In this document: positions 1 through 10,372 of the stretch, one piece after another
How the letters are laid out: each line of letters starts with the position of its first letter
Position numbering within the stretch: position 1 is the first letter of the stretch
Assembly (NCBI GenBank): GCA_963778115.1
Contig: CAVZSV010000004.1
Coordinates: 1,696,001-1,760,000 of the forward strand
Source of the DNA: an uncultured delta proteobacterium
Lineage (GTDB): Bacteria; Bdellovibrionota; FAC87; UBA2466
DNA: 64,000 nt
Direction of reading: 5' to 3'
The notes under the pieces: generated by a model
What the model was told of the DNA's origin: nothing
Seen by the model: the letters and a program-made list of their open reading frames with translations, nothing else
Databases searched by the model: none
Translations under genes and position numbers: made by a program

Positions 1-27
1 GACGCCAAAAGCGTCCCTGCCTTTTTT
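1..27. terminator. Partial intrinsic terminator hairpin (left arm truncated by window edge)
   Basis: GACGC-caaaa-GCGTC stem followed by cctgcc and a T-run; abuts the end of the acyltransferase frame. Confidence 0.45.
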
Positions 28-1976
28 ATTTTCCTCTCTGGTCCAGAGATCCTACAAAGCTTCGGGCTAGGTAAGACGATCCGAAAAGGGAGAGATGGCT
101 CCCATCACCTCGATATAACGGATTCTCCTTCATTCCAAAAACACCTGGCCTCATCACAAAAGAGATCAGACGGATCAAAGATTTCAACGTCGGGATATTT
201 CAAAGCTACTCTGCGCAGCTGTGCTCTGGAGCTACTTTGCCGTTTTTGAACCCAATCTCTATCCGATGCGCAGGTTCTGTCTTCGGAAAAGGGGCGGAAG
301 CAACGGTTGATGTCGATATTAAGCGTTGGCGTATCAAAAAAGAGAACTACTTTCTTTCCCGAACGGGATAAAAGGTCCAACGTTCGGGAGAGGTGTTCAT
401 CTAAAGTCATTTTCCCGGGGGTATTACCATCCGAAAAAATTAAATCCCACCTTTCGTCGTGATCGCCTAAATATATTTCCCATCTTCCAGCCAAGTACAC
501 GGTATTAACGCTTTTAGTCGATAATGCGAAATTTAAAGCTTGAACGATTGCGGAACAATGGCGAACTATCGTTTTCTTTTTTACCGCCTCGATACCAATT
601 AGGGGAGGACAGCTAGCGGCTCCGAAATTCGCTAGATTCTCCCCACGCACTTCAAGCATCGTATTGAGTCCATAATAGAGCTGATTGGCATGACTATCAC
701 CGATGAGAACCGTTGTGGGTGGTTTTCTAATATCGTTCACATTGCAAAATTCTTGATCGGATCCGTATTCCTTTCGACACTGCCCAGATGCGATCAGATT
801 CCCCGTCCAATCTTCGGTCTGTCGACTATATTCACGAGTTTTCGGACCAAACCGCCAGGCAAATCCGTTGAAAGAATAGGTCAAAACCCCTAAGAAAAAA
901 ACGGCCAGAGTTAATCCCGAGCAAAATTTCCACTGATTTCCGGTAGCAGAGAGTCTTCGTACTCTTGTTTCCAAAAGCAAATAGGTTAGCGTTGCCAGCA
1001 GAAAGGCCAAAGTTATAATTTTAATTCGAAGCCCAGGGCTCGTACTCCCCCCAATGACCCGAGCAAAAGCCAGTAACGGCCAATGCCAAAGGTAGAGGGG
1101 ATAACTAATTAAACCAATACCGATGAGAACCCGATTAGAAAGCAAAAAGTGATTCACCCAATCATCTTCTTGCGAAAGGAGAATGATAGCCGTTCCCAGA
1201 GTCGGAAGAAGAGCCCATACCCCGGGGTAGGTAAAATCCCCGTCAAGACAAGTCACGGCTAGGACGATGAGTAGAACTCCCAGCCAAGCCCTCTGTTTGA
1301 GAAAGTTGTGTCGTAAGAAATGTGGGTGATAAAGTTCAAGACTTGCCATCACACTGCCGAGAGAAAGTTCCCAAAACCGTGTTATTGGCGAATAAAAAGC
1401 AATGATAGGATTCTTAAAGACAAAAAACAGGTTTATCGCAAAGGAGATTCCAACCGTCGCCAATAACATTTCAAAAGTTCGCTGCCGTAGCCTTGTTAGT
1501 AGGACGAGAAAGATTGGCCAAACGATATAGAACTGCTCTTCAATCCCCAAAGACCATAGGTGGAGAAGAGGATTGTGCTCCGAGGAAATATTAAAATAGC
1601 CGGTTTCCTGTGAAAGAATCAGATTAGAGATAAACGCTGCCCCGCCTGCGATGTGTTTTCCGAGGGCTCGGAATTCGTGAGGGAGGAGTGTTATCCAGCC
1701 GAAAAGAAAACAACTGAACAAGACCAGAATTAGAGAGGGCAGAATTCTTCTTGCTCTTCTTGCGTAGAAACTAAGATAACTAAAGCGATCTCGATCCAAT
1801 GCATCAAAGATTTGATACGAAATAAGAAAACCCGAAATGACGAAAAAGACGTCGACACCGACAAAGCCTCCTCGTACGGTCAGGGGAAAAGTGTGAAAGG
1901 TAATCACCGATAGAACGGCGATTCCTCTTAATCCGTCGATATTCGGCCGATACCTAAATTCTGACGTGCGTTTCAC
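26..1976 (-). CDS. OafA/OatA-like acyltransferase family 3 + SGNH domain (polysaccharide O-acetyltransferase), frameshifted near the 3' end
   Basis: YRPNIDGLRGIAV, GGFVGVDVFFVISGFLI, HLWSLGIEEQFY and GDSHA motifs. The called ORF stops at 105, but another frame continues PLYRGDGSHLS... to a TAA at 26-28. GTG start at 1976 is the likely start. Confidence 0.9.
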
Positions 1977-2712
1977 TGGAGGGACCGATTTTGAAGATAA
2001 CAACACTAGTATCGTCATCAGCCCCTTTGAGTTTGGCTAACTTTACCATTTCGCGGGCAACCGCTTCCCATTCGTCTTGTCGGCTAGCCTTTTGAACGGA
2101 ACGAAGGATATCTTGCTCTGGGACGAAGTCACTCACTCCGTCCGTGCAAAGTAAAAAGACATCTCCTTGAACATACGGAAGCTCTAAAATCTCAACGTCA
2201 ATAGACTCCTGAAAACCGATACATTGACTCAATCTTCTAGAGGGACGATCTCGCGAACCTTTCCCTTGTCCCTCGGGAGACAAAACGTGATCCCGAGTCA
2301 GTAGCCTTACTTCAGCTCCTCGCAACAGATAACATCGGCTGTCACCGACGTGTCCAATAATTACCCGGTTATCGACCACCCAGGCTCCCGTTAGCGTGGT
2401 TCCCATTCCGATATATTCCGGTCGTCTTATTGACGTCTGAAAAATGGTGAAATTAGCCGCAAGAAAGGCCTCTTTGAAGAGTGATGCTTTTTCTTCCACT
2501 TGATTGATGTCGCGATTTTGATCTCCATCCATGGTGAAGTACTCTTCAAGGACCCGAATCGCTAATTCACTCGCCACCCCTCCTCCGATGTCTCCACTCA
2601 TTCCGTCAGCTACCGCAAATAGACCCAGTGAAGGTACGCAAAGACACTGGTCCTCATTTTTCTTGTGTTTTGAGCCGACGATGGAGAGATGAGCGTGCGT
2701 TAGATTCATCAA
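1954..2712 (-). CDS. PP2C/PPM-family protein phosphatase
   Basis: NEDQ, VADGMSG, GMGTT, HVGDSRCY, LLCTDG and DDTS motifs. Confidence 0.93.
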   Translation of the reverse strand: MMNLTHAHLSIVGSKHKKNEDQCLCVPSLGLFAVADGMSGDIGGGVASELAIRVLEEYFTMDGDQNRDINQVEEKASLFKEAFLAANFTIFQTSIRRPEYIGMGTTLTGAWVVDNRVIIGHVGDSRCYLLRGAEVRLLTRDHVLSPEGQGKGSRDRPSRRLSQCIGFQESIDVEILELPYVQGDVFLLCTDGVSDFVPEQDILRSVQKASRQDEWEAVAREMVKLAKLKGADDDTSVVIFKIGPSSETHVRI

Positions 2713-3551
2713 AAGGTAAAATCCGTAAATAGAGCGATGTGGCTTATATGACCGGGAAAGCTCTGGTAGCTCTCAAAAAGGCCCGTCGTATCATCAGCCA
2801 TAGTGGATAGCAGCGCATAAGAAACGCCAAACAGCATTTGCGGATGAAGTTCAACCGCAATGGACTCTTCCGTCCCATAATCATTTTTCCAGCCGTTCGC
2901 TTTCTCTTGTTGCACCAACAAAGAAGCCTGCAGACGGACTTTTTGCCGTTGGTAAGTCAGATTCAAAAATTCACTTAGGCCGAACTGCGGTAAAGGGGTG
3001 CCGTCCGATAGTACCGAATACTTTGAAAACTGAACGAACGGACCAGCCCGCAAAGAGGCCGTAAGGCTAGGAGTCAGCGCCCGAGCAAGCTCGAGACTCG
3101 CCGCCGATCGCATCTGATAACCATCCGGTTGCCATTGATCGACATCCAAAGCCGAGAGCGAAAGGCGTGCGGTTGCGGTATAACCTTCAAATCCATCCAC
3201 ACGATGCTTCAAAGTAACCATATTCTTGGGGGAATGAAGCGTCAGACTTGGCTGAGTCGGTCGGTCCAACGCGGAATATAGCTCCACCCCATAGCCTGGC
3301 AGGAAATTCCAGTTCAGATACGGTTCAAAGAGAAAAGAACCTTGCGGGTAGTCCTTACTAAGATTCGTTCCGTAATTAACATTCAATTTTACTTGGAGGG
3401 GGGATTGGAGTTCGAGAAGAAGCGAATCCTCCAAAGTGGAATTATAACTTGCGTAGGCATGGCCGGCCCATTGAAACCCAATAAGTAAGGTCCATAAAGC
3501 AAGTGACAAGGCGCAACCGAACGAGCGTAGCTCTAGCCGGAATAGTTTCAT
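2709..3551 (-). CDS. Hypothetical exported protein, probable outer-membrane beta-barrel
   Basis: Signal peptide ending AHAYA-like, alternating hydrophobic strands, C-terminal IALFTDFTF ending in Phe; 4-bp overlap with the PP2C gene. Confidence 0.55.
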   Translation of the reverse strand: MKLFRLELRSFGCALSLALWTLLIGFQWAGHAYASYNSTLEDSLLLELQSPLQVKLNVNYGTNLSKDYPQGSFLFEPYLNWNFLPGYGVELYSALDRPTQPSLTLHSPKNMVTLKHRVDGFEGYTATARLSLSALDVDQWQPDGYQMRSAASLELARALTPSLTASLRAGPFVQFSKYSVLSDGTPLPQFGLSEFLNLTYQRQKVRLQASLLVQQEKANGWKNDYGTEESIAVELHPQMLFGVSYALLSTMADDTTGLFESYQSFPGHISHIALFTDFTF

Positions 3552-3825
3552 GCACTCCCCCCAAGAAATCCTTTCTCAATTTTTAACAGAGTAGGGATCG
3601 AGTGTCGCTCTAAAACTCTCGACCAGCCGCAGAAAATGAGAGCTAATACCCTAACAACAGTATTAAAAAAATCAGTCCGTTGAGAGAGCAAATTAAGATT
3701 GCAAAGAGCAACCTTCCAATGGCACGATTAACCGATATTTTTTGTAATCGCGTCATTATTTGTCGATTTATCCATTAGGGAACATTAACTAAAAGATATT
3801 CTAGGAACTGGGGGCTGACGTTCTG

Positions 3826-6237
3826 ATGGAACCGCAATTGCCATCGATGCAAGTTAACGACAGGCTGCGCATTTCTCAAACCGAGACGCCTCTTACCACT
3901 CGAATTCTTGGCTCGCTCATCGCACATCGTAATGCAGTGATTGCCACGGTAGCCATCACCATCGCGCTTGCCGTGTTAAACCACATCTTTTTGCCACGCT
4001 ATTCCGCCAAGTCGGTGCTTCTGGTGCAAAGGGCAGAGAACAGTCCCATTCAAGCCATGATGGGAAAGATGATTGGAAATCCGTCCTATGGAGGGAAACA
4101 AAACGAGTATCTTGAAAAATACATCCAGTACCTTAACTCTCACGAATTCTTTCTTACTGCGGCGCGTAGTCTTGCTAAACAGTCGTCTTACCATGTAAAC
4201 TCGGCTCCTCCCTCAAAGTTAAGAGCCGTTTTTTCACATGTTCGAGGAGTTCTGGAGAGTCTACTCTTTGTAAAAATTACGGACCCCTCTCAAGTCGCCA
4301 ACGAGACCGAAGCGCTGGCCCATACACTTAGTTCAAATGTTCTATTCTCCAAAACTAGTCAGGACAACATTGTGGTCCAGGTCCGAGCGGCAGATTACCG
4401 AGAAGCCGTTGACCGAGCTAACTTTTTAGCGGCTACTGCGGTTAAGGCGATCACGGAAAGCGAACTTAAAGAATTGAACGACGCGAAAGAGTACATAGAA
4501 TCACAGCAAGCTTCCACGGAGAACCGACTTACGGAATTAGACTCTGCCATCGTGGAATACCGCCGCACGAATAAACTCGTCAAAGCCGACGCCGCGGGCA
4601 AGGATGTTCTCGAACGCGTAGGAGATCTCAGGAAGAATCTGGAAGCCAATCAGCTCAAATTCAACCAGAATCAGCGGCTCATCGCTCTTCTTTCTCGGGA
4701 ACTCTCGAGCGATGAATCACAGATTCTAGCCGGAGGATCACGAAGCCTTCAGAGTTCAGAAGTGCTTAACCAATTTCGAGAACAGATCCAGACTCTCCGC
4801 TATCAAAAGATGCTACTTCAGGCTCAGGGATTAAAGGACGACTCCAATCAAATTAAGGGACTCGATTCTCAAATCGACCAAGTGGCCGCTCGGATTAAAG
4901 AACGTATTTTTCATCAGGGAGGAGGAGAGAAGGAAATCGCCTCCGTTATGGCGGGTGATAAAGAAGGAGTAAATCGGAAAATCGCTCTTCTCAATCGAGA
5001 GAACGAATACCTTAGTAGCAGTATCGACACGCTGGGCAAAGCACTTAACGACGCCCTCATCTCTCTTGAAGCTCTCCCCGAAGCCCAACAAAAAATGCTG
5101 GGTTTTCAGCGGGGAACCCAACTTGAATTCGCCCTGCTCCAAGAGATGAAGAAAAAGACTCTGGAGATCGATTTGGAAAGAGTGGCGCTAGATAGCAAAA
5201 TCCGAATCTTGGAAAGAGCGACTATAGCCGGAATACCGGCACGTCTAAATTTAATACCGACCGCCTTCTTGGCAGCCCTTCTGGGTTTCGCTCTAGCTAC
5301 CGGAGGTGCCTACCTGAAGGAGGAGCTCAATGACTCCGTTAAGAATAGGCACGAAATCAGCGAATTGGGAATGATTCCTGTCGGTAGTGTGCCGAAAATC
5401 GCCGCTTCCCCTCTTAAGAAATTTATGCACAAGGGCCGACAGACTGTTGATGTATCAGCATCCTGGGCAGACGGAGACGAAAATCCGGAGGTCATGGCGT
5501 TCAAGCACGTAAGGGCGACCGTGCTAAAAATGAGAAGTTCCAGCGGAAAACCCGCTCAAACTATTTGCGTCTTAGGAGCGACTCCCGGAGATGGAAAATC
5601 ATTTATCTCGGCAAATATTGCTTTTGCGCTGGCTCAAATGGGGAAGAAGACGCTTCTCTTGGATGGGGACTTGCGAAGACCTAGCATCGGATCCTGGTTA
5701 GGCATCTCTTCCAAAGTCGGCTTGACCTCAATTCTGACCAATAAGAAAAAGTTATCGGAGTGTCTTACTCAGTCTGTGCAATTGAATCTAGATGTTCTCC
5801 CATCGGGCCCGGCCTCCAAGCGAGCCACTGAAATATTTAGCGAGGCCCCCTTCGCGGAGCTGCTGGACTCCCTCAAGACGCAATATGATTATATTGTCAT
5901 TGATACTCCTCCCGTCCTTTCCGTCGTAGACGGACTCGTACTTTCCGCGGCGTCGGACGCCATGATCTTCGCCGTAAGTCATCGCAAAACAAAGATCCCC
6001 GATATTGAACAGGCGATGGAAAAGATTCGATATTTCGATGACCGGCCCGTTTTTGCCATTTACAACCGCGCGGAAGGGCCCGGGCAATACAACTATTACA
6101 ACTACATGGGTGTAAGCTCCGCTAAGAAGGGGCCTACGCTTCCCTTGGGACCGGATTTGAACTTGAAGGAAGAGTTAGGAAATTTTAAGAAGTGGTGGTC
6201 TCGCAAGCAGGCTGTCACAAGGGATGGGTATGCTTAA
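3826..6237 (+). CDS. wzc: Polysaccharide co-polymerase / tyrosine kinase (Wzc-like)
   Basis: Two TM segments flanking a coiled-coil region; Walker A GATPGDGKS, DGDLRRP, IVIDTPP; Tyr cluster YNYYNY. Confidence 0.92.
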   Translation: MEPQLPSMQVNDRLRISQTETPLTTRILGSLIAHRNAVIATVAITIALAVLNHIFLPRYSAKSVLLVQRAENSPIQAMMGKMIGNPSYGGKQNEYLEKYIQYLNSHEFFLTAARSLAKQSSYHVNSAPPSKLRAVFSHVRGVLESLLFVKITDPSQVANETEALAHTLSSNVLFSKTSQDNIVVQVRAADYREAVDRANFLAATAVKAITESELKELNDAKEYIESQQASTENRLTELDSAIVEYRRTNKLVKADAAGKDVLERVGDLRKNLEANQLKFNQNQRLIALLSRELSSDESQILAGGSRSLQSSEVLNQFREQIQTLRYQKMLLQAQGLKDDSNQIKGLDSQIDQVAARIKERIFHQGGGEKEIASVMAGDKEGVNRKIALLNRENEYLSSSIDTLGKALNDALISLEALPEAQQKMLGFQRGTQLEFALLQEMKKKTLEIDLERVALDSKIRILERATIAGIPARLNLIPTAFLAALLGFALATGGAYLKEELNDSVKNRHEISELGMIPVGSVPKIAASPLKKFMHKGRQTVDVSASWADGDENPEVMAFKHVRATVLKMRSSSGKPAQTICVLGATPGDGKSFISANIAFALAQMGKKTLLLDGDLRRPSIGSWLGISSKVGLTSILTNKKKLSECLTQSVQLNLDVLPSGPASKRATEIFSEAPFAELLDSLKTQYDYIVIDTPPVLSVVDGLVLSAASDAMIFAVSHRKTKIPDIEQAMEKIRYFDDRPVFAIYNRAEGPGQYNYYNYMGVSSAKKGPTLPLGPDLNLKEELGNFKKWWSRKQAVTRDGYA

Positions 6238-6910
6238 GAGAATTATCGTTAGTTATCTTTGTTGGTATTTTGCGATGGGAGTGATACCCGCATCCGCCGT
6301 TGGAACACCAGGCCCCTTTACCTATGACGCTCCCAACGATGCGGCCGAACTATCTCCTAATGACACTACTTCCACGACCCCTCATACGGGACCTGCCTAT
6401 CTGGACAATGCTCACGAATTTGCGCAAGATCTAAACGGTGACAACGCGTTGTCTCAGGAAAGAACTTCCGCTCACCTTTCCACCAAAGGAGATGCAACAC
6501 CTCCCATGCGCGGCAGTGAATACATTTCGGGATATTATAAAGGGGCAGTTCTGATGCCCGTAAATATTTGGGGAGCGGTTCAAAAGCCGGGATTGCATCA
6601 GGTTCCTACCGGCACCGATCTTATGCAACTTATCACTCTAGCTGGCGGACCTAATGCGGATGCCGAACTCGATCATTTAATTATAAAACGCACCACTAAA
6701 GACGGCGAAAAGGTTATCAAGCTAGCGTTAAACGATTTTATTGATTCTACGCATGAAACTCCGCTGGAGCTTGAGCCTAACGACACGGTAATTCTACCGG
6801 CCACAAAGCCAATGATTAGCACGAATACGTTAACGCTAATTACCGTCATTGCCACGGTGGTTGGGATTGTTGCCTCAAGCGTGATTATCGCCGGCCAACT
6901 AAGAAAGTAA
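6224..6910 (+). CDS. SLBB-domain polysaccharide export (OPX/Wza-like) protein
   Basis: VNIWGAVQKPG...LITLAGG and LEPNDTVILP SLBB motifs; C-terminal hydrophobic helix; overlaps wzc. Confidence 0.75.
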   Translation: MGMLKRIIVSYLCWYFAMGVIPASAVGTPGPFTYDAPNDAAELSPNDTTSTTPHTGPAYLDNAHEFAQDLNGDNALSQERTSAHLSTKGDATPPMRGSEYISGYYKGAVLMPVNIWGAVQKPGLHQVPTGTDLMQLITLAGGPNADAELDHLIIKRTTKDGEKVIKLALNDFIDSTHETPLELEPNDTVILPATKPMISTNTLTLITVIATVVGIVASSVIIAGQLRK

Positions 6911-6939
6911 GGAACCCTTTTGAAGATGCCGAGGTAAGT

Positions 6940-7806
6940 ATGCACTGGGCTTTAAAAGCAGCTACTCAAAAAACTCTCTCCCATGTCCCTGGCGGCGGCG
7001 CACTCTACACTTCGTTACAACGAGCGATGGGCTCGCTGCCCCCTTCAGACGAGTCTTTTCTTGGGTCCGTACGGATGGCGGAAAAACACGCGGCCACTAT
7101 TGAGGAGTTCGGACCGAAAGCGCTCGAAGAGTGTAGAACGTACGAATTCGGTGCCGGAGCTACGCTTGTTACCGCAATGACTCTTTATGCAATGGGATTA
7201 GATAATCAGGTGCTGACGGACGTCTTTCCGCTTGCACGCCCGTGGTTACTTAAACATACCGTGGATCAGTTTGAACGACTCCTCCCTTCTCAGTTTCGTC
7301 GTCTGCCCCGACTACCCTTATCTGACATGGGGATAAATTATATAGCACCTCACGCGCCAATCTATGGCCACGCTAGACAATTTGACGTCGTCACGACCAA
7401 GAGCGTTTTAGAACACCTTCCCGCTAATGAGATTCTTCCACTTTTAGATCAATTGCGTAGGCGTCTATCTCCAGGCGGAATTATGGTCCACCATATTGAC
7501 TATAGCGATCACTTCGGCCTGAGCTATCCCCGAATCTCTATCTACAATTTTTTGAGATATTCAGAACAACAATGGTCTTGGTTCAATTCAGATTTTCACT
7601 ACCAGAATCGGATGCGCCACCCTGACTACGTAATACTATTTGAAAAAGCCAGGCTCGAAATTATTCGAGTCGACATTGACTACGGCACCCCGGAGGATCT
7701 CGCTTATTTGGATTCGATGCCCGTTGATTCGAGATTTAGCAAGTACTCGAAAGAGGAGCTCTCGATCGCCCACGGCTATTTTGTGGTTCGCTCCAAAGAC
7801 AACTGA
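6940..7806 (+). CDS. Class I SAM-dependent methyltransferase
   Basis: YEFGAG, FDVVTTKSVLEHL and LSPGG motifs. Confidence 0.8.
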   Translation: MHWALKAATQKTLSHVPGGGALYTSLQRAMGSLPPSDESFLGSVRMAEKHAATIEEFGPKALEECRTYEFGAGATLVTAMTLYAMGLDNQVLTDVFPLARPWLLKHTVDQFERLLPSQFRRLPRLPLSDMGINYIAPHAPIYGHARQFDVVTTKSVLEHLPANEILPLLDQLRRRLSPGGIMVHHIDYSDHFGLSYPRISIYNFLRYSEQQWSWFNSDFHYQNRMRHPDYVILFEKARLEIIRVDIDYGTPEDLAYLDSMPVDSRFSKYSKEELSIAHGYFVVRSKDN

Positions 7807-7808
7807 AA

Positions 7809-9038
7809 CTACGAACGCGCGGTGGCTGGCTGAATGAAATACCCATCCGCACTAAATAAAGATCGACTGGCCAAGATAAGCGTAATAACTCCAGGTGAAG
7901 ATAAAGCTATCAAATAAGCTGCGTGGTCTCCCTTGATACCAAAATGAATTGCCCCTGCTAGCACGATAACCGAGAAAAAAGTAATTACTAGCGACTCAAG
8001 GCGATATTTTTCGAGCATAAATTGGGAGAGAATCCCTTGCGGAATACTTCCTAAATTAGTAAATGCAAGAGCCGCGTAAAACAGAGCGAGATGAGAGTCC
8101 TTTTTCCACAGCACAACCGAAAATGCCCCAAAACTAAATAGAAACGTCCACAGAAGGAAACCCACCAAGAAATGAAAGATTCTGCCCCCCTTTACCATTC
8201 GCCCCTCGGCCAATAGATAGAGTCTGGTCACCAGTAGACTTTGGACACCACACAGTATCTGAACGTCAGCATAGGCTACCCCAATGCGCAAATCGGCTCG
8301 GGAAAGGAACACAACGTATTGGCCAAAAAGAAAATTAAGGAAGTAAATGGAAAAGGCATTCAAATGCATACCCAGGCAACTGTGCATCACTTTCTTAAGT
8401 GCCGTGACCGCCATCTTCCCCGGCCTTTTACCTTTTCCCAACAGGAAGAGTCCAACGATAGAAAATGCCTCTATTGGAAGACGCAGTTTCAGAAGGTCTG
8501 CGGAACCAAATAGGATCAATAGGCAGGGTGCCACGATGGCTATAAAGGTGAGTACTGACCAGATTGCCGCCGAATAAAGTTTGCTCTGAGCAATACGTAG
8601 GGTCATCAACAGAGTGAGCATGGCGTAAAGGGCAGAAAAAGCGGGAAAGAATTCCAATCGGGTAAAGGAAAGGGCAAGCGAGATGCCTAGAGCCACCCAA
8701 GGGAGATGCCATAAAAGTGTTTTTTCTACTTCCTCCACTAAACGATGTCTTCCCAGGTAATGCTGGTTACGAAGTCCGGCACGCAATCCCGATTGAACAA
8801 AAAAAGCTAAGAAAATGCAGGTGGTCTGAAACTGAATAAGATTGGGAATGCTTTTGGGAATAAATAACCTTCCCAAAAGAGAACTAAACGAAAACGATAC
8901 TGCGCTTAAAAAGGTGAGCCCAACTAGAAAAAGATTGAGCACGTTCTTCTTGGAGACGGGCCAAAAAGCCCTAAAGGAGCGAACCTTTTCCGTTGTCATA
9001 ATCCGCTTAACTCTTCTAATTGAGCAATCAAGAATCAA
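7809..9038 (-). CDS. Polytopic membrane protein, candidate Wzx-like flippase
   Basis: About 11-12 hydrophobic segments; located within the polysaccharide locus. Confidence 0.5.
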   Translation of the reverse strand: MILDCSIRRVKRIMTTEKVRSFRAFWPVSKKNVLNLFLVGLTFLSAVSFSFSSLLGRLFIPKSIPNLIQFQTTCIFLAFFVQSGLRAGLRNQHYLGRHRLVEEVEKTLLWHLPWVALGISLALSFTRLEFFPAFSALYAMLTLLMTLRIAQSKLYSAAIWSVLTFIAIVAPCLLILFGSADLLKLRLPIEAFSIVGLFLLGKGKRPGKMAVTALKKVMHSCLGMHLNAFSIYFLNFLFGQYVVFLSRADLRIGVAYADVQILCGVQSLLVTRLYLLAEGRMVKGGRIFHFLVGFLLWTFLFSFGAFSVVLWKKDSHLALFYAALAFTNLGSIPQGILSQFMLEKYRLESLVITFFSVIVLAGAIHFGIKGDHAAYLIALSSPGVITLILASRSLFSADGYFIQPATARS

Positions 9039-9109
9039 TGATATCTGGTGGCAAGGAGATGAACAGCCTAGAAGTTAGGCCTTCTCATAGCGCGTTGCAT
9101 CAGAGTTAC

Positions 9110-10186
9110 TTACTCACTTAGATCAGAAAGGTACAAAGCTTCACCTGCGGATTTTTTCACTGCCAACTTCTTACCAACTACAGCAGAGAGTTGATAAGGT
9201 CGTGCGGAACCTTTGGGCGCTGGTCTAAGCGCTTCTAAATCCTTTTGAGAAAGAACCGTTCCTGCCGCCAGCTCTTTCGATAACCGAAGGCACCGCTGTT
9301 GCACGACCACGGTAGTCGTCTCATTGGACTCGACTCGCTTGACGCCATCGCCCAAGGCAAATTCAAGCTCCCTCGTGCGATCGACCATCTCGCGCCAGGT
9401 TTTTGGATTGAGGGCAAAGGGATGGTCGGGACCCTCTCTAAAGTTATCATCGGTAAAATGCTTCTCAATGACTCGAGCCCCAAGAGTCACAGCACCCAAT
9501 ACGGCCGCATGAAACGGGGTGTGATCTGAAAGTCCCAAAATCATATTGGGATACTTAACCGCAAAGCTCTTTAACACGTTCAAATTAACGCACTTAAAAT
9601 TCTCAGTACTTCCCGAATAGTTGGTATTGCACTGCAACAACATCACCTGCGGATTGTGCCGGAGAGCAGCTTCGACAGCTCGTTCCGCGTCTTCCATGTT
9701 CGCGGCACCCGTAGCCAATATCACCGGCTTATTTTTCTTAGCGACGAATTCGATAAAATCGGTCCAAGTCACGTCACCGGAGCCTATCTTATAAGCGGGT
9801 AAATATTGATCGAGCAACTCGACCGCCTCAAAATCGTAGGGGGTCGTCATGAAATCAATTCTCGCCTCTTTCGCTGTTTTGGAAAGCTCTTCGGTCCATC
9901 GCATATCGCATTCGCACTGGCGAAAGACCTCAAAGACTGACTTCTCCCATTTCGAAGTATGACTCACCTTGCCAAGATTTTTAAATCCGACGTCACTTAC
10001 GATCTTTTCAGCGCGGAAGTGCTGGAATTTTGCGGAATCGGCTCCCGCCTCTTTTGCAAGCCAGATGAGGTCTTTGGCGCGCTGCATACTTCCGTCGTGA
10101 TTGGCGCCGATGTCAGCGATAAAATAGGTCGGAGAATCGATAGAAATCTCTCTCCCACCGATCGAGATACTGGCTTGATACTTCAT
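9110..10186 (-). CDS. N-acetylneuraminate/nonulosonic acid synthase family (NeuB/PseI/LegI-like) with C-terminal SAF domain
   Basis: YFIADIGANHDG, KIGSGD, GLSDHT, IEKHFT and GPDH motifs; start trimmed to MKYQAS. Confidence 0.93.
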   Translation of the reverse strand: MKYQASISIGGREISIDSPTYFIADIGANHDGSMQRAKDLIWLAKEAGADSAKFQHFRAEKIVSDVGFKNLGKVSHTSKWEKSVFEVFRQCECDMRWTEELSKTAKEARIDFMTTPYDFEAVELLDQYLPAYKIGSGDVTWTDFIEFVAKKNKPVILATGAANMEDAERAVEAALRHNPQVMLLQCNTNYSGSTENFKCVNLNVLKSFAVKYPNMILGLSDHTPFHAAVLGAVTLGARVIEKHFTDDNFREGPDHPFALNPKTWREMVDRTRELEFALGDGVKRVESNETTTVVVQQRCLRLSKELAAGTVLSQKDLEALRPAPKGSARPYQLSAVVGKKLAVKKSAGEALYLSDLSE

Positions 10187-10372
10187 CTGGTTTTTCCCCA
10201 TGTAAGAAAGGAGTTTTGATTCGAAGAAACATAACGATTCTCGATGCAGCAAGAGAAGATGGTCAAGGAATTTCTGCCTCCATCTACTGCGCATATCGCT
10301 AAGATTGAGGCATTGCCTCAAAGAATTTCCTTCTATATCATTTTTGCTTACGATTACGTTCGGGGGTGACTT

